Source of the DNA: Squalus acanthias
Lineage: Eukaryota
Length of the DNA: 64,000 bases
NCBI GenBank assembly: GCA_030390025.1
Contig: CM059431.1
Span: 147,500,001-147,564,000 of the forward strand
Direction: 5' to 3'
This document shows positions 46,746-59,900 of the stretch, in pieces. Below the pieces are notes generated by a model. The model did no database searches and had not been told where the DNA came from. It saw only the letters and a program-made list of their open reading frames with translations. The number at the start of each line of letters is the position of its first letter. The first letter of the stretch is position 1. The position numbers and the translations under genes are program-made.

Positions 46746-47475
46746 GGTTATGCAGATAGGGATGGTTGTCGGGCTGGATGAGGTTACAGAGACAGGGAGG
46801 GTTGTAGAGGCTAGAGGAGGTTACTGAGATAGGGATGGTTGTGGGGGCTGGAGGAGGTTACAGAGATAGGGAGGGTTGTAGGGGCTGGAGGAGGTTACAG
46901 AGATAGGGAGGGTTGTAGGGGCTGGAGGAGGTTACGGAGATAGGGATGGTTGTAGGGGCTGGAGCAGGTTACAGAGACAGGGAGGGTTGTAGGGGCTGGA
47001 GGAGGTTACAGAGATAGGGAGGGTTGTAGGGGCTGGAGGAGGTTACAGAGATAGGGATGGTTGTAGGGGCTGGACGAGGTTACAGAGATAGGGAGGGTTG
47101 TAGGGGCTGGAGGAGGTTACAGAGATAGGGAGGGTTGTAGGGGCAGGAGGAGGTTACAGAGATAGGAAGGGATTTAGGGCTGGAGGAGGTTACAGAGATA
47201 GGGAGGGTTGTAGGGCTGGAGGAGGTTACAGAGATAGGGAGGGTTGTAGGGGCTGGAGGAGTTTAAAGAGATAGGGAGGGTTGTAGGGGTTGGAGGAGGT
47301 TACAGAGAAAGGGAAGGTTGTGGGGCTGGAGGTGGTTACAGAGATAGGGAGGGTTGTGGGGCTGGAGGAGGTTACAGAGATAGGGATTGTTGTAGGGGCT
47401 GGAGGAGTTTAAAGAGATAGGGAGGAGTTGGGGTCATGAAAGGGTTTGAAAACAAGATGAGAATTTTAAAGTTGT
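46746..47475 (+). repeat. 36/37-bp L2-derived minisatellite with L2 flank (further arrays at 50017-51605 and 54252-55125)
   Basis: Array ends in GGCCATGAAAGGGTTTGAAAACAAGATGAGAATTTTAAA, reading FKILILF on the minus strand as in L2 FKILILVFKSLHG. Confidence 0.88.
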
Positions 47476-47639
47476 CAGACATCCATTGCCTCGAAGGCAG
47501 CTCATGTATGTCCGGCCTGATCTCCTGGAGTGTGTGGGGAAACCAGGCTGTATTAATTGTTGGCCGTTTAATGTAACAGTGTCGAACAGCGATAGAAGAA
47601 CAATACTGTTAATAGTCAATACATTGAAGCTTGTTGTTT

Positions 47640-47745
47640 AAACTACCCGGGCCGGAAGTTCTTGTTGAAGGAAGAACAACCCAACATGGCGACGGTAACT
47701 ACGGGGAAGAAATCCGCCAACAAGAAGTTTTTCGGATAAGGAATT
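47640..47745 (+). promoter_or_regulatory. Housekeeping-type promoter/first-exon-like fragment (copies at about 51772-51875 and 55290-55395)
   Basis: CCGGAAGT (ETS/GABPA) followed 30 bp later by CAACATGGCG (YY1-like/ATG) and a possible donor ACG|GTAACT. Confidence 0.4.
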
Positions 47746-47819
47746 GGGCTAAATATTTGATGGTCAGTGTCAAGTTAGTTTAAGTGTTGGGTTTATAGTG
47801 TTTTTAGAGTTTTATTTTG

Positions 47820-48325
47820 ACAGGTCAGTGCCTGACCCCCAGTACCAGAGGGTGAGAGGTCAGTGCCTGACCCCCAGGCCCAGAGTGTGAGAGGTCAGTG
47901 CCTGACCCCCAGGCCCAGAGTGTGAGAGGTCAGTGCCTGACCCCCAGTCCCAGAGGGTGAGAGGTCAGTGCCTGAGCCACAGTCCCAGAGGGGGAGAGTT
48001 CAGTGCCTGACCCCCAGTCCCAGAGGGTGAGAGGTCAGTGCCTGAGCTCCAGTCCCAGAGGGTGAGAGGTCAGTGCCTGACCCAAAGTCCCAGAGGGTGA
48101 GAGGTCAGTGCCTGACCCCCAGTCCCAGAGTGGGAGAGGTCAATGCCTGACCCCCAGTCCCAGAGGGTGAGAGGTCAGTGCCTGAGCCCCAGTCCCAGAT
48201 TGTGAGAGGTCAGTGCCTGAGCTCCAGTCCTGGAGGGTGAGAGGTCAGTGCCTGACCCAAAGTCCCAGAGGGGGAGAGGTCAGTGCCTGACCCCCAGTCC
48301 CAGAGAGTGAGAGGTCAGTGTCTGA
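47820..48325 (+). repeat. 35-bp minisatellite (also 52165-52250 and 55690-56125)
   Basis: GAGGTCAGTGCCTGACCCCCAGTCCCAGAGGGTGA units. Confidence 0.9.
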
Positions 48326-48504
48326 CCTACTTTCTGGTATTGATGTTCCACACCATTAATGCTGGGTGGCTGTTCCTTTAAGATGGGAGGCCCTGCAGTT
48401 CCCCAGTGCTGCCACAAGAGGGACATTGGCCTGCTCCCTGGGTCTCTGAGGGCATCTGGTGGCCGCGGCCTGGTACTGCGGCTCACCCAGTGTGTGGACC
48501 TCAG

Positions 48505-49159
48505 ACCAAACACACACACAGAGCAGGAAAGGCCCAGGATCCATCCATGGAATAGAGCCCCACACCCACACACAGAGCAGGAAAGGCCCAGGCTCCATCC
48601 CCGGACTAGATACCCACACATACACAAACAGAGCAGGAAAGGCCCAGGCTCCATCACCGGACTAGCGCCCCCCACACACACACACACACAGAGCAGGAAA
48701 GGCCCAGGCTCCATCACCGGACTAGCGCCCCACACACACACACACACAGAGCAGGAAAGGCCCAGGCTCCATCACCGGACTAGCGCCCCACACACACACA
48801 CACACAGAGCAGGAAAGGCCCAGGCTCCATCCCCAGACTAGCGCCCCACACACACACAGAGCAGGAAAGGCCCAGGCTCCATCCCCAGACTAGAGCCCCA
48901 CACACACACAGAGCAGGAAAGGCCGAGGCTCCATCCCCAGACTAGAGCCCCACACACACACAGAGCAGGAAATGCCCAGACTCCATCCCCAGACTAGAGC
49001 CCCCCACACACACAGAGCAGGAAAGGCCCAGACTCCATCCCCAGACTAGAGCCCCACACACACACAGAGCAGGAAAGGCCCAGGCTCCATCACTGGGACT
49101 AGTGCCCCACACACACAGACAGAGCAGGAATGGCCCAGGCTCCATCCCCGGACAAGAGC

Positions 49160-49190
<31 letters not shown>

Positions 49191-49220
49191 ACAGCAGGAA
49201 AGGCCCAGGCTCCATCACTG
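48505..49220 (-). repeat. About 55-bp (CA)n-containing minisatellite (also 52435-52865 and 56310-56971)
   Basis: CACACAGAGCAGGAAAGGCCCAGGCTCCATCCCCGGACTAGAGCCC units. Confidence 0.9.
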
Positions 49221-51899
49221 GGATTGCACTGTGTGTGGTTACACTGGGATTGCACTGTATTGATACAGGGCGATGGGATGTCAGCCTTGTCTCAGATGGA
49301 CACACTCTGACCTCTGCTCCAGAAGGTCGAGTGTTTAAGAGACTATCCCAAACTAATCCCACTGCCCCACACTCTCCCCATAGCCCTGTACCAATCCCAA
49401 ACTAATTCCACTGCCCCACACTCTCCCCATAGCCCTGTACCAATCCCAAACTAATCCCACTGGCTCACACTCTCCCCATAGCCCTGTACTAAACCCAAAC
49501 TAATCCCACTGCCCCACACTCTCCCCATAGCCCTGTACCAATCCCAAACTAATCCCACTGCCTCACACTCTCCCCATAGCCCTGTATCAATCCCAAACTA
49601 ATCCCACTGCCCTGGGCTCTCCTGTAGCCCTGTATCAATCCCACGCTAATCCCACTGCACCGCTCTCCCCCATAGCCCTGTGTCAATCCCCAAACTAACC
49701 TCATGCCCCGCTCTCTCCCCATAGCCCTGTATCAATCCCAAACTAATCCCACTGTCCCACTCTCTCCCCATAGCCCTGTATCAATCCCCAAACTAATCCC
49801 ACTACCCCGCTCTCTCCCCATAGCCCTGTATCAATCCCAATCTAATCCCACTGCCCCACTCTCTCCCCAGAGCCCTGTATCAATCCCAAACTAATCCCAC
49901 TGCCCCACTCTCTCCCCATAGCCCTGTATCAATCCCAAACTAATCCCACTGACCCGCTCACTCCCCATAGCCCTGGATCAATCCCAAACTTATACCACTG
50001 CTCCGCTCTCCATCCATAGGTTACAGAGATAGGGATGATTGTAGGGGCTGGAGGAGGTTACAGAGATAGGGAGGGTTGTAGGGGTGGAGGAGGTCACAGA
50101 GATAGGGAGGGTTGTAGGGCTGGAGGAGGTTGCAGAGATAGGGAGAGTTGAAGGGCTGGAGGAGGTTGCAGAGATAGGGAGAGTTGTAGGGCTGGAGGAG
50201 GTTACAGAGATAGGGAGGGATGTAGGGCTGGAGGAGGTTACAGAGATAGGGCGGGTAGTAGGGGCTGGAGCAGGTTACAGAGATAGGGAGGGATGTAGGG
50301 CTGGAGGAGGTTACAGAGATAGGGAGGGTTGTAGGGGCTGGAGGGGGTTACAGAGATAGGGAGGGTTGTAGGGGCTGGAGGGGGTTAAAGAGATAGGGAG
50401 GGTTGTAGGGGCTGGAGGAGGTTACAGAGATAGGGAGGGTTGTAGGGCTGGAGGAGGTTACAGAGATAGGGAGGGTTGTAGGGGCTGGAGGGGGTTAAAG
50501 AGATAGGGAGGGTTGTAGGGGCTGGAGGAGGTTACAGAGATAGGGAGGGTTATGGGGCTGGAGGAGGTTACAAAGATTGGGAGTATTGTGGCGCTGGAGG
50601 AGGTTACAGAGATAAGGAGGATTGTAGGGCTGGAGGAGGTTACAGAGATAGGGAGGATTGTAGGGTTGGAGGAGGATACAGAGATAGGGACTGTTGTAGG
50701 GCTGGTGGGGTTTACAGAGATACAGAGGATTGTAGGGCTGGAGGAGGTTACAGAGATAGGGAGGGTAGTAGGGCTGGAGGAGGTTACAGAGATAGGGAGG
50801 ATTGTAGGGGGTTACAGAGATAGGGAGGGTCGTAGTGGCTGGCCGAGGTTACAAAGTTCAGGAGAGTTGTAGGGGTTGGAGGTGGTTCCAGAGATAGGGA
50901 GGGTTGTAGGGCTAGAGTAGGTTACAGAGATCGCGAGGATTGTAGGGCTGGAGGAGGTTACAGAGATAGGGAGGGTTGTAGTGGCTGGAGGAGGTTACAG
51001 AGATAAGGAGGGTTGTAGGGGTTGGAGGTGGTTCCAGGGATAGGGAAGGTTGTGGGGCTGGAGGAGGTTACAGAGAAAGGAGGTGTTGTGGGGCTGGAGG
51101 AGGTTACAGAGATAGGGAGGGTTGTAGGGGCTGGAGGAGGTTACAGAGAAAGGAGGTGTTGTGGGGCTGGAGGAGGTTACAGAGATAGGAAGGGTTGTAG
51201 GGGCTGGAGGAGTTTAAAGAGATAGGGAGGGTTGTAGGGGTTGGAGGTGGTTCCAGAGATAGGGAAGGTTGTGGGGCTGGAGGTGGTTCCAGAGATAGGG
51301 AGGGTTGTGGGGCTGGAGGAGGTTACAGAGATAGGGAGGGTTGTAGGGGCTGGAGGATGGTTACAGAGATAGGGAGTGTTGTAGGGCTGGAGGAGGTTAC
51401 AGAGATAGGGAGTGTTGTAGGGCTGGAGGAGGTTACAGAGATAGGGAGGGTTGTAGGGCTGGAGGAGGTTACAGAGATAGGGAGGGTTGTAGGGCTGGAG
51501 GAGGTTACAGAGATAGGGAGGGTTGTAGGGCTGGAGGAGTTTAAAGAGATAGGGAGGGGTGAGGGCCATGAAAGGGTTTGAAAACAAGATGAGAATTTTA
51601 AAGTTGTCAGACATCCTTTGCCTCGAAGGCAGCTCATGTATGTCCGGCCTGATCTTCTGGAGTGTGTGGGGAAACCAGGCTGTATTAATTGTTGGCCGAT
51701 TAATGTAACAGTGTCGAAAAGCAATAAAAGAACAATTCTGTTAATAGTCAATACATTGAAGCTTGTTGTTTAAACTACCCGGGCCGGAAGTTGTTGTTGA
51801 TGGAAGAACAACCCAACATGGCGACGGTAACTACTGGGAAGAAATCCGCCAACAAGAAGTATTTTGGATAAGGAATTGGGCTAAATATTTGATGGTCAG

Positions 51900-52115
51900 T
51901 GACATGAATCTTGTCATTCATGTATGAAGTAATACTGGGCGGCCTGCTGGTGGCGCTGTCCAGGGAGAGTATAAATACTCGGGCATGGGCCCAGCTTGCT
52001 CAGGACGTTCCTCAACAGGAACTAGAGAAGGACACCTAGATCTCCATGTTGAAAAACCGTTGATTAAAGCTTTGTTTAATGCTTAGACTGAGTGCCGAGT
52101 AGAATCCTTTTGTCA
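51900..52115 (+). mobile_element. Short solo LTR, 216 bp
   Basis: TGACA...TGTCA termini, 5-bp TSD GTCAG, TATAAAT and ATTAAA; empty site at 47763-47767. Confidence 0.8.
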
Positions 52116-55100
52116 GTCAGTGTCAAGTTAGTTTAAGTGTTTGGTTTAATAGTGTTTTAGTGAGACAGGTCAGTGCCTGACCCCCAGTCCCAGAGGGGGA
52201 GAGTTCAGTGCCTAAGCCCCAGTCCCAGAGGGTGAGAGGTCAGTGCCTGAGCTACTTTATGGTATAGCTGTTCCACACCGTTAATGCTGGGTGGCTGTCC
52301 CTTTAAGATGGGAGGCCCTGCAGTTCCCCAGTGCTGCCACAAGAGGGACATTGGCCTGCTCAGTGGGTCTCTGAGGGCATCTGGTGGCCGTGGCCCGGTA
52401 CTGCGGCTCACCCAGTGTGTGGACCTCAGACCCAAACACACACACAGAGCAGGAAAGGCCCAGGATCCATCCCTGGAATAGAGCCCCACACACACACACA
52501 CAGAGCAGGAAAGGCCCAGGCTCCATCCCCAGACTAGAGCCCCCCACACACACACACAGAGCAGGAAAGGCCCAGGCTCCATCCCCAGACTAGAGCCCCC
52601 CACACACACACACAGAGCAGGAAAGGCCCAGGCTCCATCCCCGGACTAGAGCCCCACACACACACACAGAGCAGGAAAGGCCCAGGCTCCATCCCTGGAC
52701 TAGAGCCCCACACACACACACAGAGCAGGAAAGGCCCAGGCTCCATCCCCGGACTAGAGCCCCCCCACACACACACACAGAGCAGGAAAGGCCCAGGATC
52801 CATCCCCGGACTAGAGCCCCACACACACACACACACAGAGCAGGAAAGGCCCAGGCTCCATCACTGGGATTGCACTGTGTGTGGTTACACTGGGATTGCA
52901 CTGTATTGATACAGGGCGATGGGATGTCAGCCTTGTCTCAGATGGTCACACTCTGACCTCTGCTCCAGAAGGTCGATGGTTCAAGAGACTATCCCAAACT
53001 AATCCCACTGCCCCACACTCTCCCCATAGCCCTGTACCAATCCCAAACTAATCCCACTGCCCCACACTCTCCCCATAGCCCTGTACCAATCCCAAACTAA
53101 TCCCACTGCCCCACACCCTCCCCATAGCCCTGTACCAATCCCAAACTAATCCCACTGCCCCGCTCTCTCCCCATAGCCCTCTATCAAACCCAAACTAATC
53201 CCACTGCCCCACACTCTCCCCATAGCCCTGTACCAATCCCAAACTAATCCCACTGCCACACACCCTCCCCATAGCCCTGTACCAATCCCAAACTTATCCC
53301 ACTGCCCCGCTCTCTCCCGATAGCCCTGTATCAAACCCAAACTAATCCCACTGCCCCGCTCTCTCCCCATCGCCCTATATCAATCCCAAACTAATTCCAC
53401 TGCCCCGTGCTCTCCTGTAGCTCTGTATCAATCCCACGCTAATCCCACTGCTCCGCGCTCTCCCATAGTCCTGTGTCAATCCCCAAACTTACTTTATGCC
53501 CCGCTCTCTCCCCTTAGCCCTGTATCAATCCCAAGCGAATCCCACGGCCACGCTCTCCCCCCATAGCCCTGTACCAATCCCCAAACTAATCCCACTGCCC
53601 CGCTCTCTCCCCTTAGCCCTGTATCAATCCCAAACTAATCCCACGGCCCCTCTCTCTCCCCATAGCCCTGTATTAATTCCAAAATAATCCCACTGCCCCG
53701 AGCTCTCCCCATAGCCCTGCATCAATCTCAAAATAATCCCACTGCCCTGCTCTTTCCCCATAACCTTGTTCCAAATCCCAAACTAATCCCACTGCCCCGC
53801 TCTCTCCCCATCGCCCTGGATCAATCCTAAACTAATCCCACTTCCCCGCTCTCTCCCCAGAGCCCTGTATCAATCCCAAACTAATCCCACTGCCCCGGGC
53901 TCTCCTGTAGCCCTGTATCAATCCCACGCTAATCCCACTGATCCGCTCTCTCCCCATAGCCCTGTATCAATCCCAAACTAATCCTTCGGCCCCACTCTCT
54001 CAATATAGCCCTGTATCAATATCAAACTAATCCCACTGCCCTGCTCTTTCCCCATAGCCCTGGATCATTCCTAAACTAATCCCACTGCCCCGCTCTCTCC
54101 CCATAGCCCTGTATCAAACTCAAACTAAACCCACTGCCACGCTGTCTGCCCATAGCCCTGTATCAATCCCAAACTAATCACACTGCCCTGCTCTCACCCC
54201 ATAGACCTGTGTCAATCCCAAACTAATCCCACTGCTCCGCTCTCTATCCATAGGTTACAGAGATAAAGATGATTGTAGGGGCTGGAGGAGGTTACAGAGA
54301 TAGGGATGGTTGTAGGGCTGGAGGAGGTTACAGAGATAGGGAGGGTTGTAGGGGCTGGAGGAGGTTACAGAGATAGGGAGGGTTGTAGGGGCTGGAGGAG
54401 TTTAAAGAGATAGGGAGGGTTGTAGGGGCTGGAGGAGTTTAAAGAGATAGGGAGGGTTGTAGGGGCTGGAGGAGGTTACAGAGATACGGAGGGTTGTAGG
54501 AGCTGGAGGAGGTTACAGAGATAGGGTGGGTTGTGGGGCTGGAGGAGGTTACAGAGATAGGGAGTATTGTAGGGCTGGAGAAGGTTACAGAGATAGGGAG
54601 GGTTGTAGGGGCTGGAGGAGTTTAAAGAGATCGGGAGGGTTGTAGGGGCTGGAGGAGTTTAAAGAGATAGGGAGGGTTGTAGGGGCTGGAGGAGGTTACA
54701 GAGATACGGAGGGTTGTAGGGGCTGGAGGAGGTTACAGAGATACGGAGGGTTGTAGGGGCTGGAGGAGGTTACAGAGATAGGGAGGGTTGTGGGGCTGGA
54801 GGAGGTTACAGAGATAGGGAGGGTTGTAGGGCTGGAGAAGGTTACAGAGATAGGGAGGGTTGTGGGACTGGAGGAGGTTACAGAGATAGGGAGGGTTGTG
54901 GGGCTGGAGGAGGTTACAGAGATAGGGAGGGTTGTAGGGCTGGAGGAGGTTACAGAGATAGGGAGGGTTGTGGGGCTGGAGGAGGTTACAGAGATAGGGA
55001 GGGTTGTAGGGGCTGGAGGAGGTTACAGAGATAGGGAGTGTTGTAGGGCTGGAGGAGTTTAAAGAGATAGGGAGGGGTGAGGGCCATGAAAGGGTTTGAA

Positions 55101-55417
55101 AACAAGATGAGAATTTTAAAGTTGTCAGACATCCATTGCCTCGAAGGCAGCTCATGTATGTCCGGCCTGATCTCCTGGAGTGTGAGGGGAAACCAGGCTG
55201 TATTAATTGTTGGCCGTTTAATGTAACAGTGTCGAACAGCGATAGAAGAACAATACTGTTAATAGTCAATACATTGAAGCTTGTTGTTTAAACTACCCGG
55301 GCCGGAAGTTCTTGTTGATGGAAGAACAACCCAACATGGCGACGGTAACTACGGGGAAGAAATCCGCCAACAAGAAGTATTTTGGATAAGGAATTGGGCT
55401 AAATATTTGATGGTCAG

Positions 55418-55635
55418 TGACATGAATCTTGTCATTCATGTAAGAAGTAATACTGGGCGGCCTGCTGGTGGCGCTGTCCTGGGAGAGTATAAATACTCGG
55501 GCATGCGCCCAGCTTGCTCAGGACATTCCTCAACAGGAATTATTGAAGGACACAACTAGATCTCCATGTTGAAAAACAGTTGATTAAAGCTTTGTTTAAT
55601 GCTTAGACCAAGTGCCTAGTAGAATCCTTTTGTCA
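55418..55635 (+). mobile_element. Short solo LTR, duplicated copy of 51900-52115
   Basis: Same termini, TSD GTCAG (55413-55417, 55636-55640) and insertion site. Confidence 0.8.
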
Positions 55636-56971
55636 GTCAGTGTCAAGTTAGTTTAAGTGTTTGGTTTAGAGTGTTTTAGTGTTTTAGTGAGACAGGTCAG
55701 TGCCTGACCCCCAGTCCCAGAGGGGGAGAGTTCAGTGCTTGACCCCCAGTCCCAGAGGGTGAGAGGTCAGTGCCTGACCCCCAGTCCCAGAGGGGGAGAG
55801 TTCAGTGCTTGACCCCCAGTCCCAGAGGGTGAGAGGTCAGTGCCTGACCCCCAGTCCCAGAGGGTGAGAGGTCAGTGCCTGACCCCCAGTCCCAGAGGGT
55901 GAGAGGTCAGTGCCTGACCCCCAGTCCCAGAGGGGGAGAGTTCAGTGCCTGACCCCCAGTCCTAGAGGGGGAAAGTTCAGTGCCTTAGCCCCAGTCCCAG
56001 AGGGTGAGAGGTCAGTGCCTGAGCCCAGTCCCAGAGGGTGAGAGGTCAGTGCATGAGCCCCAGTCCCAGAGGGGGAGAGTTCAGTGTCTGACCCCCAGTC
56101 CCAGAGAGTGAGAGGTCAATGCCTGACCTACTTTCTGGTATAGCTGTTCCACACCGTTAATGCTGGGTGGCTGTCCCTTTAAGATGGGAGGCGCTGCAGT
56201 TCCCCAGTGGCGCCACAAGAGGGACATTGGCCTGCTCCGTGGTTCTCTGAGGGCATCTGGTGTCCGTGGCCCGGTACTGCGGCTCACCCAGTGTGTGGAC
56301 CTCAGACCCAAACACACACACAGAGCAGGAAAGGCCCAGGCTCCATCCCCGGACTAGAGCCTCCCACACACACACACACACACAGAGCAGGAAAGGCCCA
56401 GGCTCCATCCCCGGACTAGAGCCTCCCACACACACACACACAGAGCAGGAAAGGCCCAGGCTCCATCCCAGGACTAGAGCCCCCCACACACACACACACA
56501 GCAGGAAAGGCACAGGCTCCATCCCCGGACTAGAACCCCCCCCCCCCCCACACACACACACACACAGAGCAGGAAAGGCCCAGGCTCCATCCCCAGAATA
56601 GAGCCCCCCCCACACACACACACACAGAGCAGGAAAGGCCCAGGATACATCCCTGGACTAGAGCCCCACACACACAGAGCAGGATAGACCCAGGCTCCAT
56701 CCCTGGAATAGAGCCCCCCACACACACTCACACAGAGCAGGAAAGGCCCAGGCTCCATCCCCGGACTAGAGCCCCCCCACACACTCACACAGAGCAGGAA
56801 AGGCCCAGGCTCCATCCCTGGAATAGAGCCCCACACACACACACAGAGCAGGAAAGGCCCAAGCTCCATCCCCGGACCAGAGCCCCACACACTCACACAG
56901 AGCAGGAAAGGCCCAGGCTCCATCCCCGGACTAGAGCCCCACACACACACACACAGAGCAGGAAAGGCCCA

Positions 56972-59900
56972 GTTTGATGGGACAGTGTAGAGGGAGGTTT
57001 ACTCTGTATCTAACCCGTGCTGTACCTGCCCTGCAAGTGTTTGATGGCAGAGTGTAGATGGAGCTTTCCTATTTATCTAACCCGTGCTATACCTGCCCTG
57101 GGAGTGTTTGATGGGACAGTGTAGAGTGAGCTTTACACTGTATCTAACCCGTGCTGTACCAGGCCTAGGAGTGTTTGATGGGACAGTGTAGAAGGAACTT
57201 TACTCTGTATTTAACCCGTGCCTTACCTGCCCTGCGAATGTTTGATGGGACAATGTAGAGGGAGCTTTACTCTGTATCTAACCCTTGCTGTACCTGCCCT
57301 GGGAGTGTTTGACGGGACAGTGTCGAGGGAGCTTTACTCTGTATCTAAGCCCGTTCTGTACCTTGCCTGGGAGTGTTTGATGGGAGAGTGCCGAGGGAGC
57401 TTTTTTCTGTATCTAACCCGTGCTGTACCTGCCCTGGGAGTGTTTGATGGGACAGTGTAGAGGGAGCTTTACTCGGTATCTAACCCGAGCTGTAACTGAC
57501 CTGGGAGTGTTTGATGGGACAGCGTAGCGGGAGCTTTACTCTGTATCTAAGCCGTGCTGTACCTGCCCTGGGAGTGTTTGACGGGACAGTTCAGAGGGAG
57601 CTTTAATCTGTATCTAACCCGTGCTGTACCTGCCCTGGGACTGTTTGATGGGACAGTGTAGAGGGAGCTTTACTCTGTATTTAACCCGTGCTGTAACTGA
57701 ACTGGGAGTGTTTGATGGGTCAGTGTAGAGGGAGCTTTACTCTGTATCTAACCCGTGCTGTAACTGACCTGGGAGTGTTTGATTGGTCAGTGTAGAGGGA
57801 GCTTTTCTCTGTATCTAACCTGTGCTGTACCTGCCCTGGGAGTGTTTGGAGAGAGCTTTACTCTGTATCTAACCCGTGCTGTACTCGGCCTGGGAGTGTT
57901 TGATGGGACTTGTAGAGGGAGCTTTACTCTGTATCTAACCCGTGCCTTACCTGCCCTGGGAGTGTTTGATGGGACAATGTAGAGGGAGCTTTACTGTGTA
58001 GCTAACCCGTGCTGTAACTGACCTGGGAGTGTTTGACAGGACAGTGCAGAGGAAGCTTTACTCTGTATTTAACCCATGCTGTACCTGACCTGGGAGTGCT
58101 TGATGGGACAGTGTAGAGGGAGCTTTACTCTGTATCTAACCCGTGCTGTACCAGGCCTGGGAGTGTTTGATAGGACCTGTAGAGGGAGCTTTATTCTGTA
58201 TCTAACCTGTGCTGTACCTGCCCTGGGAGTGTTTGATGGGACAATGTAGAGGGAGCTTTACTCTGTATCTAACCCATGCAGTACCTGCCCTGGGAGTGTT
58301 TGACGGGATAGTATAGAGGGAGCTTTACTCTGTATCTAAGCCCGTTCTGTACCTTGCCTGGGAGTGTTTGATGGGAGAGTGCCGAGGGAGCTTTTTTCTG
58401 TATCTAACCCGTGCTGTACCTGCCCTGGGAGTGTTTGATGGGACAGTGTAGAGGGAGCTTTACTCGGTATCTAACCCGAGCTGTAACTGACCTGGGAGTG
58501 TTTGATGGGACAGCGTAGCGGGAGCTTTACTCTGTATCTAAGCCGTGCTGTACCTGCCCTGGGAGTGTTTGACGGGACAGTTCAGAGGGAGCTTTAATCT
58601 GTATCTAACCCGTGCTGTACCTGCCCTGGGACTGTTTGATGGGACAGTGTAGAGGGAGCTTTACTCTGTATTTAACCCGTGCTGTAACTGAACTGGGAGT
58701 GTTTGATGGGTCAGTGTAGAGGGAGCTTGACTCTGTATCTAACCCGTGCTGTAACTGACCTGGGAGTGTTTGATTGGTCAGTGTAGAGGGAGCTTTTCTC
58801 TGTATCTAACCTGTGCTGTACCTGCCCTGGGAGTGTTTGGAGAGAGCTTTACTCTGTATCTAACCCGTGCTGTACTCGGCCTGGGAGTGTTTGATGGGAC
58901 TTGTAGAGGGAGCTTTACTCTGTATCTAACCCGTGCCTTACCTGCCCTGGGAGTGTTTGATGGGACAATGTAGAGGGAGCTTTACTGTGTAGCTAACCCG
59001 TGCTGTAACTGACCTGGGAGTGTTTGACAGGACAGTGCAGAGGAAGCTTTACTCTGTATTTAACCCATGCTGTACCTGACCTGGGAGTGCTTGATGGGAC
59101 AGTGTAGAGGGAGCTTTACTCTGTATCTAACCCGTGCTGTACCAGGCCTGGGAGTGTTTGATAGGACCTGTAGAGGGAGCTTTATTCTGTATCTAACCTG
59201 TGCTGTACCTGCCCTGGGAGTGTTTGATGGGACAATGTAGAGGGAGCTTTACTCTGTATCTAACCCATGCAGTACCTGCCCTGGGAGTGTTTGACGGGAT
59301 AGTATAGAGGGAGCTTTACTCTGTATCTAACCCGTGCTGTACCTGCCATGGGAGTGTATGATGGGACAGTGTAGAGGGAGCTTTACTCTGTATCTAACCC
59401 CGTTCTGTACCTTCCCTGGGAGTGTTTGCTGGGACAGTGTAGAGAGAGCTTTACTCTGTATTTAACCCGTGCTGTACCTGCCCTGGGAGTGTTTGATGGG
59501 AGAGTGTAGAGGGAGCTTTACTCTGTATATAACCCGTGCTGTAAATGACCTGGGATTGTTTGGTGGGACAGTGTAGACGGAGCTTTACTCTGTATCTATA
59601 CCGTGCTATACCTGCCCTGGGAGTGTTTGACAGGACTGTGTAGAGTGAGTTTTACTCTGTATCTAACCCATGCTGTACCAGGCCTGGGAGTGTTTGATGG
59701 GACATTTCAAGGGAGCTTTACTCTGTATCTAACCCGTGCTGTTCTCGGCCTGGGAGTGTTTGATGAGACCTGTAGAGGGAGCTTTACTCTGGATCTAACC
59801 CGTGCTGTACCAGGCCTGGCAGTCTTTGATGGGACAGTGTAGATGGAGCTTTACTCTGTATTTTACCCGTGCTGTAACTAACCTGGGAGTGTTTGATGGG

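Noticed and set aside
47820..48325. Nuclear-receptor response element array (AGGTCA-n5-TGACCC)
   Set aside because: Five-base inverted spacing is not a canonical element and there is no supporting context
55281..55559. 92-aa non-repetitive ORF
   Set aside because: Spans the solo-LTR junction and is not open in the two paralogous units
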